Below are positions 1 through 13,911 of a stretch of DNA of 64,000 nt, piece by piece. Where the stretch lies: NCBI RefSeq assembly GCF_009914755.1, contig NC_060925.1, one strand, 5' to 3'. The stretch's first letter is position 1; each line of letters starts with the position of its first letter. Position numbers and translations under genes: made by a program. This DNA comes from the human T2T-CHM13v2.0 reference genome, Homo sapiens. The notes beneath the pieces are model-generated. The model was not told the DNA's origin, made no database searches, and saw only the letters and a list, made by a program, of their open reading frames with translations.

Positions 1-548
1 AGATAAAAATATATCTGTGGTATTTAACATGGTGGTGGTTGGAGATGTCAGCACGTACGCTGTTACACAGAGTCCGCATGTTACCGGGAAGCCCAACTTG
101 GAGGTTTGTAAATCATATCAGAGTTCCAGCTCTCCTGTTTATTAAATGCATACTGTTGTGCAGGTCATAGATTTTTGAGCCTCAGTTTTCTTACCTCGAA
201 TGATTGTGAGGGTTAAATGAGAATCAGGTATGTGCAAACCCTTGCTGTATCATTGCAAGGTGTTCTTCAAAGTGGCAAGTGTTCTGCACCATAGACCAAG
301 GGCATATTCTTTTGCTGTCTATACTCATTTCCAATTATAAGTACCCTCCCACATCCTCTCTCCCACTTGTTGATGGTACCTGTTCTTTGTTCCCCTGCTG
401 CTCTCTGAGGACCAAGCAGGGGATAGGTTGGAGACCTAGAATATCGGAACATAGATAGTCACCTTCATACCCCTCTGCCAAAGGCCAGAGATAGCACTCC
501 AAGGGGCAGGGGGACCCAGAAAGATCAAGTGGTCTCAGCGGAGGCTCT

Positions 549-866
<318 letters not shown>

Positions 867-1403
867 AAGGCCCTCTTAAGTACGCTCTGCCCTGGATGGC
901 TGCAGTTGTTCTGGTCTGTATAAAACCTAAGTTCCAGGATTCCTTATACCCAGGGATACCAAGGCCTAGGGGACAAAACCCTGAATGAGGACCTGAGAAA
1001 CCTGAATCTATACTTTGTTCTTTCACTCATTAGCTCTGCAACCATTAGTAAGTCTCTTGCCCTTTTGGGGGCATCCTCAGTTTCTTCTTTTGTAAACCGA
1101 GGAAAAATAGAAAAAGTTCTTGTGTGCCTAAAGCTAAATGTAAGTTATGAGTTACAACTTCTTCCTCTTTCAACAAAGGGCTAGATGGGATGTGGCTAAT
1201 CACAGGTCCAGGAGAGGGCACAGAAGCCACTTGGCCATGGGGCTTAGTTTCAGCTTTAAGTTCTCATCCTGGAGACCAGAAGTGTGGTGGAACCCAGTGG
1301 ACTTCTGTATGAGATTATCTTTGATGTTGTGTTCCTTTACCTGACTCCAAAAGAGGATTTTTCATTTAGGACCTGCTTATTCAGTGAAAAAGCTTTGCAT
1401 TAA

Positions 1404-1718
<315 letters not shown>

Positions 1719-2642
1719 TAGAGGAATGTTGATTTACCATCTACCTGTGTTGGAAGCCTGTTCATTTTGGGATTTTATGATTGAAAACAGCAGCGGTGTG
1801 TGTTTCCTGCCTTCTGCCAGGATCATCTTATATTGGAAGCTGTTAGGAAAGGGTTGCTTTTCAAAATTTGTGCACATTACCCACAAACTCAGAAAGCTAC
1901 CTAAATCATTAAGACTAGAAATCTCAGTAGTCCAGGCATCTGGTGAGATACCTGCGGGCACTTCTTACTCGTGGCTAGGAGCCGGAGTTGAGTGGGTGGC
2001 AGGAGGCTGGAGGCCAGGCTGGGTAAGTCCAAGCTATGTTTCAGGGTATCACATGGTTAAGTGCAAGAAACAGGATGCGGTGTCATTTCTTCCTGGGTAT
2101 GTTGGGTGAGGGCAAGAACTTTGCAAACCCTAGGAGAGGATTATATTGTCAACAAGTCAAGTGATTTATATACAGTGTCAGTTTTTGTTGGCAATATCCT
2201 TTCAGTTATTTGTTTGTTCATTTTTTGGCTATATGAGGTGTGAGCTCCCTCACGAAGCCTGAAGGATTGATAAATTTCACCTGTGATCTAAAAACTTAGG
2301 AAAGATTCCCACTAGTGAAACCAAGTCACCAGCCAAGTAGATCATCCGTAAGAAAGCCTGAAATCTGCCTATGTTTCTGAAAAGTTAAGGTGGTCAGTGG
2401 TCAGGGGACAGGACAGGACTTCTGAGTCTGTATTCATTAATGGGTCACGTTGCACACCCTCAAGCATTGGTATTTCCTAGAAAAGTTGTGGCTGCCATGA
2501 CATTCTAGCATAGCTTGCTTTCCATTGTAGACTCAGTGTCTCATGTCCTTTGACTTTCTTTTTTGTCTGTCTGTCTGTCTGTCCTTGGTCTCCCCATCCC
2601 TCTCATTCTGTCTCATTGTCTTGCTGAAATTTGATGTCCCAG

Positions 2643-2681
2643 CCGCCCTTATGGCCAAACTGAAACTTTATGTAACAGATG
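2643..2681 (+). CDS. Candidate 39-nt alternative cassette exon of VANGL1: (A)ALMAKLKLYVTD(G)
   Basis: cccag|CC...GATG|gtaac, phase 1-1 matching the flanking exons, no stop codon. Peptide resembles the end of exon 5. No AG between 2537 and 2640. Confidence 0.55.
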
Positions 2682-2936
2682 GTAACATCTTCAGCACACT
2701 CTATGTGTTGTTTTTGGCCAACATTTTAATTGCCACCGTTCTTCATGCCCTTCTGAGTTCTTTTTCCATTTCCACTGACCAGATTGGGGTTTAGGGAGAT
2801 TCCTCTGCTCCCTTGCTTTGGACATAGTGAATGTGGAGCCGGGGCACAGTTCACCCTCCTGGGAAGTGACCTTTAGGATTTGTGTGTGTGTGTTTCATAG
2901 GGGGTGGGTAGACAACACTGACAGATTGGGTACTAG

Positions 2937-3500
<564 letters not shown>

Positions 3501-3596
3501 TCTTGTAGACTTTCAATCTTTCCTTTCTTACCACTAGAATGAGGTTTCTGTTTAAAAACATGACCTGCTGGGACACCTTTGGAGTGCACCTTGCTC

Positions 3597-3785
3597 CAGT
3601 GTTTCTCTAACTGAAGCCTGTATGAATATCACTGGGAGGGCTGTTCAAATACAGGCAGCAGGTTCTGGGCCCTGCTTGCAGAGACCCTACCCAATAGGTG
3701 TGGAGTTGGGCCCAAGAAATGGCATTTCTAACAGATTCCTGCGTGATGCTGATGCTCCTGGCCCCCAGCCCATACTTGAGTGGGT
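3597..3785. mobile_element. MER5-type hAT DNA transposon fossil
   Basis: cagtgtttctc...gggcccaagaaatggcatttctaaca...gtgatgctgatgct resembles MER5A/B. Confidence 0.65.
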
Positions 3786-4327
3786 CTGTTCTGCACCCCT
3801 GGACCCTTGCTGGTGTTCACCGTCAGGTCATATTCACTGAAGGGGACAGAGGTGCATTCCATCATGTGTGCTGTGCCTCTTCCTGTTTCCCAGGGGCTGC
3901 TGGTGTGGGTGGCTGGACCAGGGAGCACGCAGCTCTGCTTCTTTGTAGGGCTGCTTCTGCACCACCAGCCACCTCTCTCTGTACAGAGCCTTTTATAGCC
4001 AGTCGGAGGGGCCTCAGAACTCTTTTCATCTAACCATTGCAGAGATGAAAAAAGGACTAGTGCATTTCCCAAGCTCATTGGTGGCAGAATTCAGAACAGA
4101 GTTCATCTCCCAGTCCTGGGGCTCCTTTCCCCCAACCCCTGGGGCCCCTGTTCCACATGTTATTTTTGCTGTTGCCTTTCTTTCTCCCTTCCTCCCTCTC
4201 CACTCTCTGAGGGACAGCTAAGGATGCAAGCAGCGTGATTGGGCCTTGGGTATGTTGGCAGGTTGGGCCGCAGCAGGGTAGACAAGCGTCATTCTGTTCT
4301 CACACCCTGTGGCAGGCACCATCCTGA

Positions 4328-4762
<435 letters not shown>

Positions 4763-5228
4763 TAAATGTGCCTTTCGAAGGCCTCTGGATTCTAACAGAG
4801 GAGAGAATTTCGCTTGGAGGACAGTATGGAATAGTGATTGGAGACAGTATGGAATAGTGATTAGGGGTGCATTGTGGACTCTGGAGCTGAACTGATTCAT
4901 TCTAACCTGGCTCCTCCACCAACTAGATGCATAACCTTGGGCAGATGGCAATAGCTCTGTGCCTCAGTTTCCTAACCTGTTAATTGGTTAGGATAATACT
5001 AATAACTATCTCATTTGTATGTTTTGGGAACTGAAAGAGCAGGATACACATATAGTGCAACATATAAACAGAGGTCCTTATAAAAAACAGCTACCAAATG
5101 TTACACGTGTACCACATGCCAAGCTCATCTACTCTCTACCATGCGATTTACATGCCTTGTTGCCATATTCAATGTAATTCTTACACAACAACCCTGTCAG
5201 AGAGATATTATTATTATCCTCATTGATA

Positions 5229-5926
5229 CAACAGCAAACAAGTGTAGAGGAACTGAAACAGTTAATTCATGTGAAGTGCTTGAAACAGTACCTGTCATAT
5301 GATGAGGATGGACTAAATAGCTCTATTTATTGGTAAAAAATAGAATGGCGTGAACCCAGGAGGCAGAGCTTGCAGTGAGCCAAGATCGCACCACTGCACT
5401 CCAGCCTGGGCGACAGAGCGAGACTCCGTCCAAAAAAAAAAAAAAAAAAAATGCCATCAGGCATTTTGGGTGTTACAGAATTAGTTTTACTGAGTGGTCT
5501 TTTAGATTATGATATTTAGGACACTTTAAGAAGTGTTACAAGAAACAGCCATGTATCTAATAGAGAGTTGTGGCCAAGGAGGCAAACTAGAGTAAAGATA
5601 CAGCAAATGACTTCTCTACAGAGAAGTGGGTTCAAATCCTGGCTCCACCACTTAATTGTTTTGTGACTGTGCACAAATTACTCTACCCTCTATTAGATAT
5701 ATGGCTGTTTCTTGTAATATCCCTAAAAGTGTGCTAAATACTGTAATCTAAAAGACCGTTTGGTAAAACTGACTCTGTAACACCCAAAATGCCTGACAAA
5801 GCCATAGCATTATTTTTACCAATAGTAATAATAGCAATTTAGTCTGGCCTCTTCATATGACAGGTACTGTTTTAAGCACATCACGTGAATTAACTCTTTC
5901 AGTTCCTCTACACTTGTTTACTGTTG
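5229..5926. repeat. Long imperfect inverted duplication (arms 5229-5568 and 5685-5926)
   Basis: Manual alignment: 5457-5568 vs the reverse complement of 5685-5796 is ungapped with 17 mismatches in 112 nt. Outer segments 5229-5340 and 5812-5926 also align. Confidence 0.92.
5343..5451 (+). mobile_element. 5'-truncated AluY-like 3' fragment
   Basis: aatggcgtgaaccc...gagcttgcagtgagc...poly-A, inserted in the left arm of the inverted repeat. Confidence 0.9.
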
Positions 5927-6654
5927 AAAGTAAAGGGTCACACGAGAGTCAGTGATTACAGGAGCCTGAAGGAGGACATGTTAATCTGCCTGAGAGGTTC
6001 AAGAGAAGAGCCTTAAGAAGATTTGAAGGGCAGGGAAGAATGAGCTGAATGACAGTGTTTAGCTGGAGGAACAGCACATGTATCAGAACTCCATCGAGCC
6101 AGGTGCCACTGGAGCAGAGAACTCAGGAGAGGGAAGGGGGCATCAGGCCTGGGCATCCCCTGGACTGGCCATGTGCACACTTAGCCCAACATGGAATAAC
6201 CATTGCTTGCTTACCATGTCGGGCATTGCTGTGAGTGCTTTTTGAGAGCTAACACTTTCATCCTTACGGCAGCCCTGTGACTTAGGTAGTGTCATTGCGT
6301 CCACTAATAGAGAGTGTAAATGACTTGTGCAGAATCACTGCCAGTAAATGGTAGCGCATGCGTTCTTATTCATGCAAGTATATGCAGCTTGTATTTCCTG
6401 ACTGCTCCTTTGGGCCCGACACAGCCCTGGCCCTGAGAAACTTTTGGTTCAGGAGGAGGAAGACATGGAGAAACACATCAAGTAGGACCATACCCTAAGA
6501 ATGGAGTGATGCAGCCATGACGGCTTCCAGCCAGACACTGACACCAGCCACCCCATTTTCCCTCCCCTCTGTGGGTACCACTATTCTTGCGCTTGGTGGA
6601 TAGTAGGTAAAGGGGAGTGAGGAAGTCCAAGAAGTCTTCCCTCCCCAGTAATGA

Positions 6655-7083
<429 letters not shown>

Positions 7084-10000
7084 AAGTTCTATATTTGTGG
7101 CTTTATTAAAAAAAAAAGAAAAATATATAGAGAGATATATATCTATGCCAGAGGGGTGTCTTTTTTAAAAATTCTTCTTCATTGCTGACTGAAACTGGCA
7201 GATGATTGACCAGTATCCTTTGACCATCTGCACTTTATTTGGAAGGAAGCAGGGGCTGTCCACCCTGAAAAAGAGTGACTGATGACATCTGACTTTTGTC
7301 GATGGGACTTCTCAAGAAGCCATTCCTTGGAGCTTCTGTTACAGCTGTAAACCAAAGTGGAGCTGGTGCTTCTTGGGAGCCTCGCCTTACAACTAGTTCC
7401 TGCCTTTCGTCCAGTACCAAGTCCCCCGTTGCTTCTGGTCAGCCCACTTGTAGACTTCCAGGGGACACATCTTTATTCTGTTTCAGGAAACCAGTCACAA
7501 CACGTCCACATATGTATTTGTGTATGTTAATGTCCAGTATCACATCACCCATGAAAGTCGTGGGCAGTTCAGGAGATACCTGCCTTCGTCTTTGTTCTTT
7601 GTTGCCTTAGGTTCTTCAGAGAAAGATCACAACAAAAAATGTACACTGTCGTTTACAGCTATTAAGTGATTTGATTTTGTTTTTTTCCCAAAGAGAAAAC
7701 CTACCTGCCCTGTTTCTGATCCCACCCCTCTGCTGGCTTGAAGCAGGTAACCCTTTCCCAGCCCTGCAGCTGCCCACCTGGCCTCCATGCCATCCTGCCC
7801 CCACCTGGCTGGCAGCCCTGGCTCTCCATGTGTGCCCTCCGGCTCTGTGTGAAGCCTCAAGTCAGTCCCAGCATTGTTTCCATAGGGAAGTGTGGGGTGC
7901 CCAGCAGGTAAAGCACAGGGAGAGAGGGCAGTGGGAATGCCACCTTTAGGCTGCAGCAGGAGCCCCACACTGCCCAGTTTTCCTCCCCACTGTTCTACAC
8001 CAACCAGGGGAGACTAACACTGTGACTCTGGGATTGGCAGGTGCAACTTGGAGCCACTTAATTTCCTGGGGACGTAAGTTCTTCCCAAGCTTAGAGCAAG
8101 CTGCCCTGCCAAAGGAGACCAAACCATGCCAACCACGCTGGCAACTGCTGCTGTCCAGTCCCTGTGTTTTCTGACCACCGTCACTGTGCAACTCATCGCC
8201 TCTGCCACTTAGGACCAGGAAAGAGGCTGGTTTTGCTCCCACTCTTAGTTGCTGATAAAGTGGGGGAAGGAAAATGGACACTCTACAGAGTTTGGGGAAG
8301 GGAGAGTAGGGAGCCCATCTTGTCCAGAAAGATTCATCTGTGGTCTGTCTGTTAAACATAGCTGATTTCAGTGGGCTTTCCCCTGGCCCTGGGGGAGCAG
8401 ACACTGACTGGGTTGTGGGCAGAGGAGCCATCCTGGCGGAGCCCTGCTGCAGGGGAGCTCCTTCAGGAGCCCCATCCGGACCTCTTGCACTGGGCTGCCT
8501 TTGCCTCCATTTGCCTTCCTGTATCTGCAACAAACCTTTTAAAAGTGTTCACTCTTGCTTTTTCCAGTATTTCGGTAATCAGCCATCTTGCTGTAGTACA
8601 GGATGACATTGTCGAATGCTCTTTGTATGTGTGCACACCCCCTTACTCCCTTACTGCTTCATACACTCCACAAGTGGTACAGTATTTTGTGTCATTGTAA
8701 AAATCAAAATTGGCTTTGGATCTTTGTAATACACCTGTACCTGAAAAAGTAAACAACATTCTTCAATTACTAGCCTTCAGCTTGAAAAGACATGCTGGAG
8801 AAGAAGGAAGGGGGAACCCATAGGTGTGGCTTGGAGCCAAGATGTACTATTCAACTATGTGTTTCTGTTTATAAAAAACACATACCATGGAACCATGGTG
8901 CTTTTGTTCTTAGTTTTTGCCGTTAGATCCCTTCAAACTGGAAGTTCCTTACAATATCTTTCTCAGGAAATATTTTGGGAAATGGGGTAAGAGATGGCAA
9001 GTGTGAGACGGGCTGTGTCAGAGGTTGCTACGTCATGGATACAGTGCAGTTCCAAGTGCCATAAGTGTATGTACATATAGTTAATAATGACACTGTTCAT
9101 CACCATTCTAAAATACTGTTCTTCCAACCCTATCTTCAATGACCAGTCCAGAAGGGGTTAAGCTGGATTCATTTGCTCTGGCATGTGCATTCCCAGCAGG
9201 GTGAAGAAAGGTTTAAATTAAAGAATTTATTTTCTCTCTCCCCCTTCCTCTTTCTCCCAGTCTTTGCATAGGAGAATGTTAGACATTCAGAAATTACTGT
9301 TTCTGTTTTAAATTGAGTATTGATTTTTTTATATTGACTTTGTATTGAGTTCTTTTTGAAAGAATAACAAAATAAAATGCAGGATCTTTGTAAAGCCTTT
9401 GCACTTTCAACCTCTTTATAGCTTGAGTTACTGTTGCAGTGGGAACAATGTAAATGACATTTAAAAGATTTAAGGTTTCAGAAAGCTGCATCCCACAATT
9501 GAACACAATGCATTTTTATTTCAATTCTTGGAACTGGTAGGCTATTCTTTTTAAAAGGGGGTAAACTTCGCCCTAAGGCTGGTAGAATGTATGTTCACAT
9601 TATAGTAGACAGGATTTCATTTGCCTTATATGTTTATAGATTTTTTATAATTTTCATCCTACGTTATTAAAATTAGAGCATTGAGTGTTAAAGAACTTAA
9701 TGAGGAGTCTATATCTGAGATTGCTCTCTTCCCTGGTGATGTTTTAACTGGTAGATAATTTGTTCTTAAATATGTACTTTTGAAGATAGGACAGTTTTTA
9801 TAGTCCATGAACTGAATGTTAAAAAGTTCTGTATGCATTCTCAGAGAGGATTTTAAAGCTATATAGTTCATCCATCCTTTGCATTATCAAAATGTTAAGT
9901 CAAATCTGTAATACTTTGGCTAAAATTCATAAAGTAAGCCCTAGAGAAAATACTTGACCACCAAATTTTTGCCCAACTATCATCACCTCCCTTCCCCCGC

Positions 10001-11150
10001 CTCTGTTCTTGCCTTTTGACATCTACATGGAAGACAAGTTCTTTACAGCAAATGGTAAGAGGCAGGTGACCTGGTGTGTTTGCTGTGTTGTAGTTCATTG
10101 CCTGTGGCTTGGGACTCCTTTTTTAATGGAGAGACTAGCTGTGCAGGTGTGTGTTGGATAGGGATAAAGTGCTCACCCCTGCCCTCTCTACAGTAGTTGG
10201 TGGTAGATTTCTCTCTCATTTTGCCTCATAATCACTTTCGAGTGCATGTATTTACCTAAGGGCTGTAGCTCTGTGGGATGCTACCAGCATATTGGACTGA
10301 CAGAAATTGATTACCTTGCCACTCCAACCTACGTACTGAGTGAGTGCTCCAGCCACTCAGTGAAACCAACAAAAGTGAGTCCTTGGTTTACCTTCCAATC
10401 TGGGTCCTGCTGTGTAAGTATCCCTAAGTGGGGATGCATATTTGTTTGTGCGTTTTTATTTCCATATATGTGAGCATTTCTCTGAGTGTATTACCAGACG
10501 GATAGCACATTTATATGTCAGACATCTTAACATCTGTGTTATCTGTAGCAGGTGTGTAGCTCAGCAGATACGTGTCAATGTGTATATAGCTGAGTGTGTG
10601 AGGGTGTCTGTGTTTCTGCAGTCCCCTGTGTTTGAGAGATGACTTAATAACCCTGTGTTTTGAGAGGTCGCTCTAAACCAGTGACTTTTCCCTCCCCTGC
10701 TTTATTCCTTTCCCTCACTGACACTGGCTTCTCCCGCTAGAGTAAATGGCTTTAGCACAGCACTGTCTTCTGGGGAGCCTGCTGTCCTGCAGGCAAGTCC
10801 ATTAAACTCTTTCTTGCTTTAGGACTCTGAAAACAGCAAGAAACAAACAAACAAAGGTCAAGCTCTAAGAAAATTACTGCTCAAACTTCACTACCCTGGA
10901 AGCCTTACTAGATATTTCTTAAGGTAACTTAAAAATTGGGCTTTATTTTTAAAAAGTGATAGGTTACTTACAGTAGCACAGAAATGTTAGCATATTTATT
11001 TAAATAGTCCTGCAGCAGAGACCCTGCGATTGTAAAGTGATTTAAGTATTTCTGGGTAGTGTTTGTGATTTACGGATTTGTTACTGAAAAACAAAAAAAT
11101 CACTACTGTGAATTTACTACTATGTAACCTTGTGGTCGTATTTCATTATA

Positions 11151-11156
11151 AATAAA
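11151..11156 (+). terminator. Candidate alternative poly(A) signal in the VANGL1 3' UTR
   Basis: AATAAAATAA with upstream TGTA and downstream T/G-rich sequence. Confidence 0.55.
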
Positions 11157-13905
11157 ATAAGAATTGCTCTTCTGCCCACCGTTCTTGATTGGTATTCAGT
11201 GCAGTAGCGAAATGAGATAGTTTAGACACTGTTGAAATAACTGCATTGAGCTTTAACCAAGTGTATGCTCAGAAAATTCAGTTTTGGATCACATTTTGAC
11301 AAAACATGTTTTGGTCAAAGAAAGGAAAGGCTACTAACACATTTATCAGGTAATGTATGTCACAGTCCGTGTTCCACCCAGCCTTGTTATCCCCACATTC
11401 TTTCAAGATAGGAGTCATCTTGGTTTTTCGGGTGAAAAACGGAAGGTCAGAGAGGAAGGGGCTTGTCCAAGGTCTCATGTCTGGTTAACAGAATTTCAAA
11501 CTAGATGTTTGATTCTAACCCCTCAGTCCACTGTACCTTGAAGTATGGTCTAAATGATTTGGCACTTCTGGATGTTGAGGAAGGACCTAGAGACACATCC
11601 TTGAACTAGAACCTGGGGTGAGAGTTCATTGGGAGGCAGGATCTCTTCTTTCACTTTGGATTTACACCTTGTCCCTTGGAAAGCTTCTCCACTATGCTAG
11701 CAAATATCTTAGGATATTTGATGGAAAGAACTTGAGAATCCCTTCTGGAAAACCCAGCCTTTCAGTGTTAACACCTGCTGCAAGACAGGGATGCTGTTGT
11801 TCTGGCAGCCCCCCTTTGCTTTTGCCTGGCCCCACCTTCTGCTCCCACTCTGCTGGCTTGGGCAAGATGCGTGCCTTGGGCCTTGGGTGCAGGGAGGCAG
11901 GCAGGGGCTTGACCTGGCCTCTCTCTGGTGCCATGGCAACATTATGCCCCAAACTTCTTCCCTGGTTGGAGTGAGAGGGGCTGTCCACAGCCCCATCCTG
12001 TGGGGATCTCAAGCCGGAGTCCCTGGCCTGGCCTCCTTGACGTAGGTGTTCTCAGCAAGCAGTTTGCATCCCACCGTCTTTCTCACACTTGCCCCCAAGA
12101 CTTTTGACAGAGCAGACGTAAAACAGGACTCAGAAAACCATTTTTCTCTGTTCCCATATGTAGTAAGTTTTGATTCAGTTGTGCATAAACCATAGTTTTC
12201 TGCCCTGCTGTTTGCTTTCAATGGAAGACAGTAAAGGGAAGATGGTGCTCACATCTCTCCATGTGACATCTCATTAGGAATTAAGATGCGATGGATTAGA
12301 AATGTAAAACTTCAGAATAAAATTAAATTTCAGGGCTCTATAAGTCCCGTTTTCCCAGGTCCTGTTCCGTTTCTACGTAGATAACCCAATTTGTTTTGTC
12401 TATGAAATAAGCCTCTTTAGTGGGTTGTTTTAGTCTCTCCAACAAAAGAACAGATTCCTAAAGCCAGGTGCAGCACTGTGAAAAGTTTCTTTCAATATGG
12501 CACCAAGACTCTACCATTTATGTCTCTCTCAGCTTACAAACATCAGCGTTTTGTCCTTGTCATAGTGGAAGAAAGACACTTACTTTAAGCTTTGGGGACA
12601 AAGGTGACAAACCCCAGGCTTTTATCTTAAAAGTGTCTTTGGCACTTCTTTTGGCACTGAAATGGTATTTGGGAAGCATTATTTGAATGTACAGTTGTTT
12701 GGTTTTGTATGTGCTTATCTTTATCTGAGCTTTCACTTGTAGACATGGCCTTTTGTTGTGAAGTTGCTCATCATTTAGGAGTGTTTAATTCTAAAAAGCC
12801 TTCAGCCTAAGAAAGCTTCATCTGTGGGGACCGGAGACTTGTTGCTCAGGGAGTTAGTGATGGGACTTGGGCATCTGATCTGCAGGTGACAAGTTTAGTT
12901 CAACTGAAGTTGTAGGGAATTTTGACAGTTGCACATCATTGCCGTTCTAGGGGCCTTGTAGAAAGATGAAACAGTTGTTTTTCATTTACCAGCACCTCTC
13001 AGTTATAGAGGTAATGGAACATTCGCTTACTTTTCATCATCATTCTTTAAAAAGGGAACATACAAAAATCTAAACTTTGGCAATAATTTATTTTTATAAT
13101 AGTTTACGGTAGGCTTTAATTAAATGGCAAACTCCTCTGGGACCCCTAAGTTATGGCGTGATTAGCCAAATTTGATTTCCAACAGTCATTTATGGCCATA
13201 ACTATTGCATAGAGTGCAGGATGCCAGCAAAGATGAGGGTGGGGGCAGATACTGGCTCAGTGATTTAACTCACATTATAGTTGACCCCTTCCTCAACAGA
13301 AATGCTACTGAGAGAACCAGAGAGGCCTGGGCCAGGCAGGTCTTATTTGAGAGGAGATTATTTGATAATTGCTTTGGTTAGAAGGACTTTACATTTCCTG
13401 ATTTCAAGTCCAGCACCAATTTAGAAAGTTCAGAGATGAAACCACCTGTCTTTACCTGACAGAGTCATAACGGTTTGTGTAAAAATGTGGTCAGGGACCT
13501 TTTTTGTTCTTTCTGATTAGTTAATACTGTACATTGTAACCAGGAGGGGCAGTTTTGCCAACCAGCCTCTGCTCATGGTCACCATATGTGTATGACAAGG
13601 CCTGAGTGAGTTCCTGCATAAACTGGGTAGTGGGCTCTTTTGACACATTTGCAAGCATGTAAATGAATGAATGACACTACCAGCAACCATCTGTACAGGT
13701 CCATTTACTTACATTCATAAGGTTTATGCTATGAAACTTCTTCTCATTGTGATGTCAGTAACAGAGTTAGTGTCTCTGATGGAATAGTGTACCTGTCACC
13801 CAAGTTATTTTGTTCCTTTTTGGGTCCTCCAGTATAATCCCCCCCTCATCCCAATTAACTGTAAAATGTTTTACACATCACATTTTTTATACTGTAAACT
13901 TGGAA

Positions 13906-13911
13906 AATAAA
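13906..13911 (+). terminator. Distal poly(A) signal of VANGL1
   Basis: AATAAA with TGTA upstream (ctgtaaa twice) and tgtgtcttgtttcttttctt downstream. Confidence 0.8.

Noticed and set aside
7105-7117. ATTAAA directly after the VANGL1 stop codon
   Set aside because: Runs into a genomic A-tract, so any 3' ends mapped here are likely oligo-dT internal priming.
7946-8533. 195-aa - strand ORF within the VANGL1 3' UTR
   Set aside because: GC-rich low-information peptide with no family resemblance; expected by chance.
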